DNA of 64,000 nucleotides from Leucoraja ocellata (lineage: Eukaryota). Under the pieces are notes generated by a model. The model was not told the origin of the DNA. It made no database searches and saw only the letters and a list, made by a program, of their open reading frames with translations. Positions 24,701 through 38,300 of this stretch are shown piece by piece. Each line of letters opens with the position of its first letter. Positions within the stretch are counted from its first letter, which is position 1. The position numbers and the translations under genes were made by a program. The stretch covers positions 4,526,001 through 4,590,000 of the forward strand of contig JAWMAR010000053.1 of assembly GCA_036785375.1 (NCBI GenBank), given 5' to 3'.

Positions 24701-27700
24701 ATGGCCTACTCCTGCATCTATTGTCTATTGTCTGGAATTTATTTTAGGCATCTGTGAAACAAAAATGGAGAAATTAATCCCTGAATATTAATAACTTTTG
24801 GGGATAGGATAGGATTCAGGAAATACTGCAATAATTTGTGTAAAGTCAAGTATAGATTTTAAGTTCACACATGGATAGATATTATTTTGTCCATATTTCA
24901 GATATATCTCTAACTGACTGCTTTTTTTAAATATTCGTAAGTGCTTTTTATTATTTGTTCCTACAGATAACTGGTTTGGAACAAGGAAAGAAATATTATT
25001 ACAGAGTATCTGCGGAAAATGCTGCAGGTTTATCAGATCCAGCTGATGCTCTTGGCCCACTAACAGCTGATGATCCCCACGGTAATGCATATACCTTGTG
25101 AATAAAAGTATATGATGGGTAATAAAAGTGAGGGGGGGTTGGTCTTCAGTAGCTTATACTGTATATCAATTGAAACCTGATTATGTATTATCTTCTAGTG
25201 GCTCCTTCTATGGACCTGAGAGAGTTCAAAGATGGTCTTGAGGTTATTGTTCCAGAACCACTCAAGATTCGTGTTCCTATCAGTGGCTACCCTATACCTT
25301 TGGCAACATGGACTGTGGGTGAAAAACCTCTTGAAAGTAATGATCGTGTGAAAATGGAAACTACTGCAAAATATACACAACTGATTATTTCTCCCAGTGA
25401 GCGTCCAGATAAGGGATTATATAAATTGACACTGGAAAATGACGTGTCATCTGTCACAGGGGAAATTGACGTGAACGTAATTGGTAAGAATCTGAATATA
25501 GAATTTGAAATTGCATTTTTATTTAACCTTTTGAAGATAACTTAGATTAACTAAACCTATTTACCAATGAAAGCTGCAAAGATGATTTCTGAAGAGTGGA
25601 GGGAAATTGATTAATTAAAGAAACAAGTGCAGAGTTTACAAAATGAAAAATGGAAGTAACTGAAAACATAATTGAAGAAATGGGTTTTGGGAAGATTTTA
25701 TAAAAATAGAGAATAAAACTGAGTGTCAAAGAAAATGAAAGAATGCATTCCAAAAAGTGGGCTAAACCACCAGAAGGTGTTGATGGTGTAGAAAAAGGAA
25801 AATCCCAAAGGCTGAGAATAAGTGGTAAATAGATACATAGACGGTAGATGCAGGAGTAGGCCATTTGGCCCTTCGAGCCAGCACCACCATTCAATGGCTG
25901 ATCATCCACAATCAGTATCCCTTTCCTGCCTTCACCCTATATCCCTTGACTCCTCTAGCCCTAAGAACGGTATCTAACTCTTTTGAATGCATCCAGTGAA
26001 TCGGCCTTCACTGCCATCTGAGGCAGAGAATTCCACAAATTCACAACTCTCTGTGTGAAAAGGTTTTTCCTCAACTCAGTTCTAAATTACTTTCCCCCTA
26101 TTCTTCAACTGTGGCCCTTGGTTCTGGGCTCCCCTAACATCGGGAACATGTTTCCTGCGTCTAGCGTGTCCAATTCCATAATAATTTTAGACTGCTGAGA
26201 AATGTGCTGTAAGCCTAGTAGCGGTTGCGGTTACATGAGCTAAGCTATGGAGGAATTTTATGAAAGGAATTGTTATTTACAATTCAATGTAGGTTGTGGA
26301 CAATTGAATGGTGGAGTATTTGACCATCAGAGTTTATATGGACTGACAACTGACCAAAGAGGAATAACAAAACGAGAGAGAGTGTAGATCTGGCAACAAA
26401 ATTATGCCGGTAGCAAGCTTGGCATGAAGGTGAACCATATTGAGCAGTTCATGATCATGCAGTTTGAGGCTCAGCTCCTGATCAGACGAGACACAATGAC
26501 TTTGCTTAACCTTAGTGAATAACTGGGAGGTGGAAGAAATCGGTGACAAGGAAAATAATAAATAGCATGAAAAATTGTTGAATTTTATATTTCTTGATTC
26601 TTTTAACTTCTCAGCACGGCCAAGTGCACCAAAAGACGTCAAAGTTTCAGAAATTACTAGGAATACAGTACATTTGATATGGGATCAGCCTGAAAATGAT
26701 GGTGGAAGTCCATTGACTGGGTATCTTATTGAAAAACGTGAAGTTAATCGAAAGACTTGGGTCAAGGTAAGTAATAAACCATAGTAATCTTAAATTAATT
26801 TCTTCAGTTATTTACAAACTGATGATTTAAGGTTGACACCTTTGATCATTAAAGTTACCTAATTAGACGTGTAACTAAATAAATCACTGCTTACGAGAGC
26901 AAGTACTTTTTGTAAGTTATCCACAGACTGTAATATTGAAGGAAACAAATAAAAATATAAATATACTGATGTCAATCTAGCTCCATAATTTGGAAAGCAA
27001 CAAAACTCACATGCTGAAAATTTGCAACAAAACGGGAAATGGCAGATATATGTATCAGGTCAGGTTTGTCAGATTTTCTTCAAATTGCTTATGAAACACA
27101 GAGCACTATAGAAAGGAAAATACAGCGTCTGTGTTAAATCTTTGTCCTTTAATCTTGTCTTGGGATTTTAGGGGTTCCTCGAACACACCTAATGCTGTAA
27201 GCAGGACTAGTTTAGCCAGTTTTATTTTCCAGTTCACTTTTCTTTTTATGAGAGTTGAAGTTGCCTGAAAAAGCTAGCATAGAGCTTCCCACTCTATGGT
27301 TTATATATTTAAATGGTTTGTTGGGATCAGATAGCAAACCAAATAAGGTTAAAAAATCCTTTCTTGCCTCTTGGTGAATACTTAGCCTAAACATCATGTG
27401 GTGATTATTCACCATTGTTCTCTGCTGTGCTGGGATTTATCTCTGTTTAAAAGGAGAGGCTGCAATCTATTTGTGAGTGATTTCAAGTCATAGGTAGATA
27501 AAAATGCTGGAGAAACTCAACGGGTGAGGCAGCATCTATGGCGCGAAGGAATAGGCGACATTTCGGGTCGAGACCCTTCTTCAGGCTGATGTGGGGGGGG
27601 GGGGGAAGAAAGGGAAGAGGCGGAGACAGTAGGCTGTGAGGGTAGGGGAAGGAGGGAGAAAGCAAGGACTACCTGAAATTGGATTAGTCAATGGTCATAC

Positions 27701-29294
27701 CGCTGGGGTGTAAACTCCAGTTATATCATTGTCATCTTCTGTGATTTCCAGGTTATTGAGAGGGTGCAAGACTTGGAATTTACTGTCATTGACCTTTTAC
27801 AAGGCCGAGACTATCTGTTCAAAATTTCTGCCTGTAACAAATGTGGCCCAGGTGAACCTGCATTTAACGATGAACCCGTCAATATATCTGCTCCTGCAAG
27901 TGAGTATTTAACTTTCATTCAGATTTATTACATTGTAAGATGTTAGGTTTAAAATACAATCAAATAGATTTGCTCTGACTTTTATTTAGTGCAAGTTGCA
28001 CAGTTCTTTTAAATATATTTAATAATATTCCACCATTCAAGAACATTGTGGTGAAAAATAAATAGGGAAACAAAACGGGATTGCAAGGTCTTTTTCTAGA
28101 CTGGTTTAGCAGGCTTTTCATTGATGAGATTAGAGCATTGGGAATTGCAAGCTCAAGATGTTTCTCAAATCACTCTTGTAATGTATGCCTCTTGTTAAAT
28201 TACACTGACACATCAAATTTTGAACATTCAATATATTTACACAACAAATAAATGTCAAGAGACAAGAGAGTTTTATTGTCGTATTTCCCGAATAGCTCAA
28301 AGACAAACACACTGAACCTAAATCCATGTAGTTTGGTGTTCATTTGGAGGTTGTAGTGTTTAATAGCCTAATGGGCCTGTCCCACTTAGGCGACTCTTTA
28401 GGCGACAAGTTTTAATGGAATTCACCTACGACAGCACCTAAGACAACCTGTGACGATACCTATGACAACCTACGACAGCAAAAATTGACGCCTGGATGTT
28501 ACAATTTCCAGGCTCCTACAACTTCTTCCCAATGGCAGGAATGAAATAGAATGTGGCCAGGGTGGTATGGGTCTCAGATGAAACTGGCTGCCTTTTTGAG
28601 GCAGTAACTCCTGTAAATCCCTTTGATGTTGGGGAGGTCAGTACCCGTGATGGACTGGGCAATGTGCACCATTTTTTACAATCTTCTTCGTTCGTGGGTA
28701 TGATGCAACCAGTCAATATGCTCTCTACTCTGCACCAGTAGAAGGTCAAGAGAGTATTTATCGACATACCAAATCCCCTCAACCTTCTAAAGAATTAGAG
28801 GCATTGATGGGCTTTCTTTATTATTGCATCAATATGCTGGATCTTCAGAGATATGCACGCCCAGGAACACAAATGTACATTTAGCATTGGACGATTGGAC
28901 ATTCATATCTTACATATTTGAAAACACTTCTTTATGATTACAAAGAACAGATGTCATTGCTAAAGATAAGTGGAAGGAGAAAGAAATGGAGCAATGTCTG
29001 TCCATTGTATCATCTGGAGTGTATCATCTATTGATCAAAATTAAAGGGGGAAAGCATTTTGGGGTAATTTTGTGACCTATAAGTAAATCAGGAGGCAAAT
29101 TGACAACACATTTAAGAAACATTACTAAGATTCCAGATTTCTGATCATAGAGATCTTTTTGCACCTTTAATATAAGTGGAAACTTTCACCATACTGAGAA
29201 TTTGGAAATTAGCTAGAGATATGAGAATGGTAGTGAATTGATGGTGTTGATGCCACCAGCCACTGGAGTTCTGACACAATTAAAATAATCCTGT

Positions 29295-29346
<52 letters not shown>

Positions 29347-32300
29347 CCCTGATTGTTATAGATCTGATAATGAAAAATAATTTTCATTATATAATATTCT
29401 TTGTGAAAGTTTTGTGAAAAAGTTTTTAATTTGATCCCATACATTTTTCAGCTGTTCCAGATCCACCAGAAAATGTCAGATGGAGAGATCCAAGCGCCAG
29501 TGGAATCTTCCTTACATGGGACCCACCAAAATATGATGGAGGTTCAAAAATTAAAGGCTACTTAATAGAGAAATGTCAACGTGGTGGTGAAAAGTGGGAG
29601 GGATGTGGAGATCCAGTTAATGAATTGAAGTAAGATTATATGTCTAATTTTCTTATGTTTACTATGTTTTAATTAATGCAAAATAAACACTAATGCTGCA
29701 TTTATGTTGAATAGGGCGGAAGTGACCCGCCTCACAGAAGGTCAATGGTACTCATACCGGGTTAAAGCTTTGAATAGACAAGGTGCCAGCAGACCTAGTA
29801 TACCTACAGATGATATACTAGCTATTGATCCAAAAGGTACATAGTTACTAACAAATATAAAACCAATGTTTCCAAATCACCGTTTTACTAAAGCCAGTCC
29901 TTTAATAATACATTCCAATCCTTTTAATAAATGTAGACAGATTTATATCATAAATGTTAACATTGTAATAAATTAAGTCACTATTGCAAGTTATTTTATT
30001 CATGAAGAAATATTTTGGTAAAGAATATAATTCAAGGTTACCTAAATTAGTGATGCTATATCTGAGTATTACTGATAATTTTTTGTTCGATGCAACAGTT
30101 ATGGGTTGTGTAATTAGCACACTTTACTGATGCTTCTAATTTGCAATTAATTGGTATTCATGATTCATATATTAATGTCAAATGTGTCTCCACAAATGGA
30201 GATGGCAAAACTAAACGACCTTCAGTTTTCTTTTTTTAAATGGATCAATTTTTACCAAATTAATAATGTCTTCTTTGTTTATTACAGTGAGTCCAGAGAT
30301 TCATCTTGACGTTAAGTTGCTTGCTGGCATTACTGTGAAGGCTGGCACAAAGATTGAGCTCCCAGCTGTTATCTCTGGTAAACCTGATCCTAGAATTACT
30401 TGGACAAAGGCTGAACACCTTCTGAAGCCTGACAACAGAATAGTTATTGACACCAAACCTGATCGTTCCATTGTAACAATCTCAGATACCATGAGATCTG
30501 ATAGTGGTACCTATATTATTGAAGCAGTAAACACTGGTGGCCGTGCCACTGCAGTTGTGGAAGTGAACATTCTAGGTAATTCAATTATTCAATCATTATT
30601 TACAATCAGATCTATAATTTGCCTATGGGAAAAATATCTACATATTTTAACATTTTGTTTTTACAGACAAGCCTGGTCAACCAGCTGCATTTGATATCAC
30701 TGATATTACAAACGAATCCTGTAACTTGACATGGAATCCACCCAGAGATGATGGTGGTTCACGCATTACAAATTACATTATGGAATATAAAGTTGGAACC
30801 AGTGAGCTATGGAACAAACTTTCTTCCACTATCAAAGAAACCAAATTCAAGGCAACAAATCTTAAACCACTAAAAGAATATACATTCAGAGTTTTGGCTG
30901 AAAACATGTATGGTATTGGAGAGCCAGCTCAGCATGCTCCAATAATAGCAAAGTATGCTTTTGGTAAGGAAAATACAGTACAATGATGTAAATTATAATT
31001 GAGACATTTGTTCTGTTTTTACATATTTCACACTTAAATGTTTTTAAAACCCATGGATATATGATTGTACATTAGATCCACCTGGTGCTCCAACAAATTT
31101 AAAAGGTTCAGATATTATTAAAGATTCACTGACGCTGTCGTGGTATGAACCTGAAGAAGATGGTGGTAGCCCAATCACTGGATACTTTATTGAAAAATAT
31201 GATGTCAACAATGATAAATGGCAAAGATGCAACAAGATACCTATCAAAGACACTAGCTTCAGGTATTTATGATGCATGAACCTAATTTTCAAAAACTCTG
31301 AAGCCGTGATAACATGACAGTTTTACTTATTCTTTGAGGACTAATTGATCTTCCAAAACTTACCTCTTGGCTCAACAAAACAAAGCTCTATTCCTTTTCT
31401 GTTTTTTGGGGCCATAAGAAACTAATTAAATTAATTTTGCTTACACGCCTATATGGCCTCTCTCCTGCCTGGCTCGATGGCAACACCATTGTTATATTCC
31501 CATTCGGGAGATCAACTAAAATTTGAGTCAGACTGCCTATATGAAGAAGAAGGCTGCTACCTCGTCCTTGTTTTGCTTTCCCTTGCTCAAAACAATAGGC
31601 TAACAGAAGGTACTAAGAATCCATCAATACAGTAGCAGGATCAAAATGTGGCTGTAAATGCGCTCATGTTAATTAATCCATTGTTGGGTTTTTATCTGCA
31701 AGTATCATGTAAACCTGACAGGAGTCTATTACTAAAATGAAAGAGCAATTGGAAAATAATACAGGCATTTCCCATATTACATAAGGGTTCAATTTCTGAG
31801 AACTGTCTGCAAATCTATTTTTTCATATGTCAGTAATGTTTGTTTGTTATAACTGTTCATTATTATTTTGCCCAACATGCACTTGCTATAATTCATCATT
31901 TAAACACATTTCTTCTATATTCATCCCCTTAATTAAACTCATGGAACATATTCAGTTTTTAATAAATACCACAAAACTTTCCTCTTAGACCTCTGTTAAA
32001 ACTCCTCCATCTCGCCTTAAACCTATGACTTGTTTTTAACAATCTGTAAATTATTCTATCTACCTTATCTAGGCCTTTGATTTGATCCCACGCAAAAATT
32101 GTTATAGAAATTTAAAGCATTTCAGATTGAGGATAATATACTTGCATGGCTGGAGGGTTGATTAAGCAACAAGAAAGCAATAGCAATAAATGTGTTACTT
32201 TCACTTCCTTCGGCTGTAACGAGCAGCATGTGGCAAAGAACATGTGGCTGGGATCATAGCTGTTCACCATCTGTATTACTAAATTCAGTAAGGGAATTAC

Positions 32301-35300
32301 ATGTAGTCTGTTAATGTAAGGCTGGGTGATTGTATGAGTTATGAGGAGGATGCAGAGTTTTCAAGGTTCATAGATAAGATAAGAAAATGAGTAAGACATG
32401 ATAGAAGGTCCTTTTCAGATTAGTAGTTTTGACTAGTTGGGTACTAATGCTTGGGCATTAACTATTCCCATACCCCATCAACAGTTAGTCTCGGGATCAA
32501 ATTGATTTGTGAGCTAATACAAAGATATAGCAGTAAGATGAACAGGAAACTATTGATGTTTGAAATGTCCCATGTGTATATATGGAGGTATTACATATTC
32601 TTATTTGTAGCTAAATATATGAATGGTGACTTCTGATTGCTTAGTTTTGTATGGGAGGAAAGAAAAAATACAAAATGGCAAAATAGAATGAATCAGTCTA
32701 TTTTTGTCCATGGTAGAATGTGATGGTTGATAGCTGCAAATAGTTAACTAGACATCACGTGCAAAAGTTGTTTCAGTTATTTCAGATGTAAAACAATAGC
32801 TAAATTAATTGCAAACAAATGATCATGTACCTAAACATATTTTTTCACCACAGATTAAAGGGGCTTACACCAAAGAAGAAGTACAAATTCCGTGTTCTGG
32901 CAGAGAATCTAGCTGGTCCTGGAAAACCTAGCTTAGAAACAGACCCAATCTTGGTGAAGGATCCTATTGGTATGTGTACAGTTATGCTAACCCAATGAAA
33001 TGTCATACCTTTTAATGTGCTATGCTGAAATATTGCTCGACTCTGCATGACGATAAGAATATTATATATAGTCAGCAACTATATTTAAAAAATCTAACAC
33101 TACAATTTTTGAAGCATATCTTGCTGTTTTCAAGGCAACATGTATGCTGCAGAATATATGATGGAATTAACTATATTATTGCATAGGATTTGCTCATTTA
33201 TTATCACAAATTAATTTATAGACCCACCATGGCCTCCTGGAAAGCCTAATATTAAAGATGTCATGAAGACATCCGCTTTCTTAAATTGGACTAAACCAGA
33301 GCATGATGGAGGGGCAAAGATTGAATCTTACATTGTTGAATTGCTGAAGAGTGGAACAGAAGACTGGGTCAGAGTAGCCGAAGGTATTGCCATGACTGAG
33401 TACTTCCTGAAAGGACTTATGGAGAAACAAGAATATTCATTCCGTATACGAGCTGTTAATAAAGCTGGCGAAAGTGACCCAAGTGAACCCAGCGATCCTG
33501 TGTTGTGCAAAGAGAGATTGAGTAAGTTACACTCATCTTATATACCATTTCTATGACAGTTAATATCAAAAGTCATGCAGTTTTAATGATAAGCAATGTC
33601 TTCTTCTCTACAGACCCTCCTTCACCTCCACGTTGGCTTGAAGTTGTTAACATCACTAAGAATACTGCTGATCTCAAATGGACACCGCCAGAAAAAGACG
33701 GTGGCTCTCCCATCACAAATTATATTGTGGAAAAAAGAGATGTAAGACGAAAAGGCTGGCAAACTGTTGATACAACAATAAAAGACATCAAATCCACAGT
33801 TACGCCTCTTTCGGAAGGTTCACTATATGTATTCCGGGTTGCTGCTGAAAATGCAGTTGGTCAGAGTGAATACTGCGAATTGGAAGACTCAGTTCTTGCA
33901 AAAGATACCTTCAGTAAGCTTGTTTGTAATGTTTCTAGTCCTTGTGAATAATTAATGACATCTTTTGATTAATTTATCTCACCATGTATTAATGTTTCTT
34001 TCTAGCAACACCTGGGCCGCCTTATGCCCTTACAGTCCTTGATGTAACCAAAAGACATGTTGAACTGAAATGGGAGGCTCCCAAAAATGATGGTGGAAGG
34101 CCAATCCTGAGGTTATTTTAGTTATTTTTCTATATGATACATCTTTTCACCAAGACAGTAAATGTTTCTTTTGCATTAATTGAGTCTCTTTCCTTCTGAA
34201 TATATTTACTACTTAAATGTTACTAAATCATTCCATAGGTACGTAATTGAAAAGAAAGAGAAATTAGGGACTCGCTGGGTTAAAGCTGGCAAGACTGCTG
34301 GACCAGAATGTAATTATAGAGTCACTGATGTAATTGAGGGCACTGAAGTGCAATTCCAAGTCCGTGCTGAAAATGAAGCTGGCTGTGGCCATCCAAGTGA
34401 ACCTACTGATTTGCTATCTATTGAAGATCCGACTAGTGAGTATAAATTGAAATGAAACGTGTCATTACAGAAATTTGCTTGAAATTTTGGACATAAGCAG
34501 ATAATATTGTAATGTTATTTGTGTCTAGGTCCACCATCTCCTCCTCTTGAGTTACACGTGACTGATGCAAACAGAGATCAAATTTCTATTGAATGGAAAC
34601 CTCCAGATAAAAATGGTGGCTGTCCTATTATTGGCTATCATGTTGAAATTTGTGAAGCAGGAACAGAGAAGTGGATGCGAATTAATTCTCGGCCAGTAAA
34701 AGAATTAAAATATAAAGCAGAAGAAGGCATAATTCCTGATAAAGAATATATCCTGAGAGTTAAGGCTGTTAATGCCATTGGAGCAAGTGATCCGTCAGAA
34801 ATTTCGGAAAATGTTACGGCTAAGGATTCAGACTGTAAGAACAATCTTTTGAAATATTTCCTATCCCATTCAAAAACTATCTTCTTATTCTGTTAAAAAC
34901 ATTATCTATTTTAAATGTTGTTTAAAAATTTGTTTTTTTATAGGTAATCCAAGTATTGAACTGCAGAGCAAAGACATAACTGTTGTGGAGGGTGAGAAGT
35001 TGAATATCCCTGTGCCGTTTAGAGCTGTGCCTATGCCAACTATTTCTTGGTTTAAGAATGGAAAGGAGCTGAAAATGGATGACAGAGTGACCAAGCAGAG
35101 TGATTATACACAGGCATCCATTGAAATTGCTAACTGTGTTCATGCTGACGCAGGTGTCTACACAATTACATTGGAAAATAAACTTGGTTCAACAACAGGC
35201 ACCATTAACGTTAAAGTCATAGGTAATAATTTGAAATGAAATGTAGCAAGATTTTCTTAATTATTTTCTTGCCTGAAACACCGTTTCTGAATAAATCAAA

Positions 35301-38300
35301 TGGTATCCTTTGACCATATAATCTTCTTTCTTTACATTAAGGATTGCCTGGTCTGTGTAAAGATATAAAAGCAAGTGACATCACCAAGAGTTCTTGCAAG
35401 ATAAGCTGGGATCCTCCAGACTTTGATGGTGGCAGTCCAATCTTACATTATGTTCTACAACGTCGGGAGGCTGGAAGAAGAACTTTCACACCAGTAATGT
35501 CAGGTGAAAATAAACTAACCTGGCAAGTAAAGGATCTTATTCCAAATTGTGAATACCACTTCCGTGTAAAAGCTGTGAATAAGATTGGTGGTGGTGAATT
35601 TACTGAGATTCGCAACCCAGTTATTGCAGAAGATCAAAAGCGTAAGTATTTCAGAAAATAATAATGGCTAATGATATTGCCTTCCAAGCTTTTAATTATC
35701 AGAACTTTTTAAGTTGTTAAAACTTATGTTTGTAAATTTCCTTCAGAACGTCCTGACCCACCAGTTGATCTTGAGGTGACTGATCCATCATCAAAATCAG
35801 TAACACTCACTTGGAAACCACCGCTTTTTGATGGTGGTTGTAAAATCATGGGGTATATCATAGAAAAGATTGCAAAAGGAAGTGACAAATGGGAGAGATG
35901 CAATGAGTATTTGGTTCCTGTTCTGTCCTATTCTGTAAAGAATCTTGAGGAGGGAAATGAATACCAGTTTCGTGCACGTGCTGAAAATATTGCTGGAATT
36001 AGTGATCCTTCAAGAACAACTCTACCAGTCAAAGCTTTGGACCCCATTGGTGAGTGACTTTTGCAAAACTCAGAAAAATCATTCATTCAAGTCATTTTGA
36101 TGCCTTCATATCTATAAATTTCTAAGTGATGAAACAAACAATTTGAAGGTAAAATTAGATAAAAAATAGTTTTATTAATAGTTATTCCTTTTTCTGTATA
36201 GACCCACCAAAGGTGAGCTTTGTCAGAAATATTTCATCTGGATTGAATGTAAGAAAAGGTGATGAGATCGATATCCTAGCTCGTATTTCCGGTGCTCCTT
36301 ATCCAACTATAACATGGCTTCGTAATGATGAAGTGATTAGACCTGAGGAAATCAAGAAAAGAGTGGCAAAATTAATTTTACCATCTAAGAAGAAGGAGGA
36401 GGTTGTAGAGGAAGAGCCTTTCTCTCTCAGTCTACCAGAACGGTTAACTCTTGACAACAGCCATGCAGGAGAGTCTGAAATCATGGTGCGGGATTCCATC
36501 AGAAAAGATCATGGAAAATTTACTATCAAAGTAGAAAATGATCATGGTGTTGCTCATGCAAGTTGTGAAGTGATTGTCTTAGGTGAGATGTTACCTAAAT
36601 TCTTTCATTGATATTCTGACATTTTGCGAAGAAATTGCTAAAGAAATGTAAATATTTAGAGCATAGTTTAAGCATTTTGTATTTGGCATTCCAGACACAC
36701 CTGGACCACCTATCAATTTCATATTTGAGGAAGTCAGAAATGATTCTGTCACCTGTAAATGGGATCCTCCGTTGGACAATGGCGGTAGTGAAATCCTTAA
36801 CTATATCTTGGAGAAGAAAGATAATTCCAAAGCTGGAATTGGCTGGATTACTATAACAACAACTCTTAGACATTGCAAATATCATGTGACAAAACTTATT
36901 GAAGGAAAAGAATATATTTTCCGTGTAACAGCAGAAAATAAATTTGGTCCTGGACCAGCATGTGTTTCAAAACCACTTGTTGCTAAAAATCCATTTGGTA
37001 AGCTTTCACTTCTGTTTCTCAAAACCATAATTTAAGAAAAATTGTATCCATTATTATATTGCAGAATATAATACAATGTAATACATTGTAATTACAACTC
37101 AGTAATACAATGTAATTTCTATTTTTTTCTTTTTCTTATTATTTGGCAATGGTTTATTGTTGTCAGTATTGCTATTTACTCATCCTCATTATTCCTTTTT
37201 TTTAGATCCTCCTGAAGCACCCGATAAACCAGAAGTGGAGGATACCACTAGTAATAGTATGGTTGTTACATGGAAGGAACCAAAGGACAATGGTAGCCCA
37301 ATCTTAGGCTACTGGATTGAAAGAAAAGAAATTAGCAGCACACACTGGACTCGAGTTAATAAAGACTTACTAAATGCCCTAAAGGTTACAGCTGAAGGTC
37401 TTATGGAGGGTTTAAATTACCTATTCAGAGTTTGTGCAGAAAATGCAGCTGGTCCTGGTAAATTCAGTCCACCGTCAGATCCCAAAAGAGCACAGGACCC
37501 AATTTGTAAGTATTAACTTAACAGTGGTTAACAAACTTGAAAATCATAAAAAAATATATATATATCAGGCTGTTATTCATTTATTTTCTTTCTTTCTTTC
37601 TTGTTTAAGTGCCACCTGGGCCACCAATACCAAGTATCGTGGATACATCAGCGACATCAATAGATATAAAGTGGGACCCCCCCATCTACAATGGTGGAGG
37701 GGATATTATTGGTTATCATGTTGACAAGCAACTTATGGGATCAAGGGAATGGTCTCGCTGCACGGATAGATCAGTTAAAGATCTCAAGTTCACAGTTTTG
37801 GGAGTTAGAGAAGATGCAGATTATATGATACGTGTGACAGCAGTCAATAATGCTGGAGAAGGAGCTCCGGGACAGACTGAAATTGTAACCGTAAAGGAGC
37901 CACAAGGTATTACGAATCTTGCAACTACTTAGATTTATGATTTTCAGTATTTTTACTGTTCCTATTTACAAAAGTACTTTTTTTGTTTTCCAGTACCTCC
38001 AACGATAGAATTTGATGTAAGTGTAAGAAATGGTGTTCTAAAACAGGCTGGAGAAGTCCTTAGACTTCCTGCAATCGTAACAGGTCGACCAACTCCAGAA
38101 ATTAAATGGAACAAGGAAGAAGGAGGACCATTTGATGAAAAACTTGCTGTGATTGAAACAGTTGGTACAACGACAGAATTAATTGTACATAATTCACAAA
38201 GAAGTGATTTTGGTAGATACATAGTTACTGCAACAAACAACAGTGGTAGCAAAGCTGCATGGACTCGAGTGGATATTGTTGGTAAGGCTCATAGTAAAGA

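Noticed and set aside
28425-28480. CRISPR-like short repeats
   Set aside because: Eukaryotic intron; ~10-11-bp degenerate tandem units with no unique spacers, inside a MITE.
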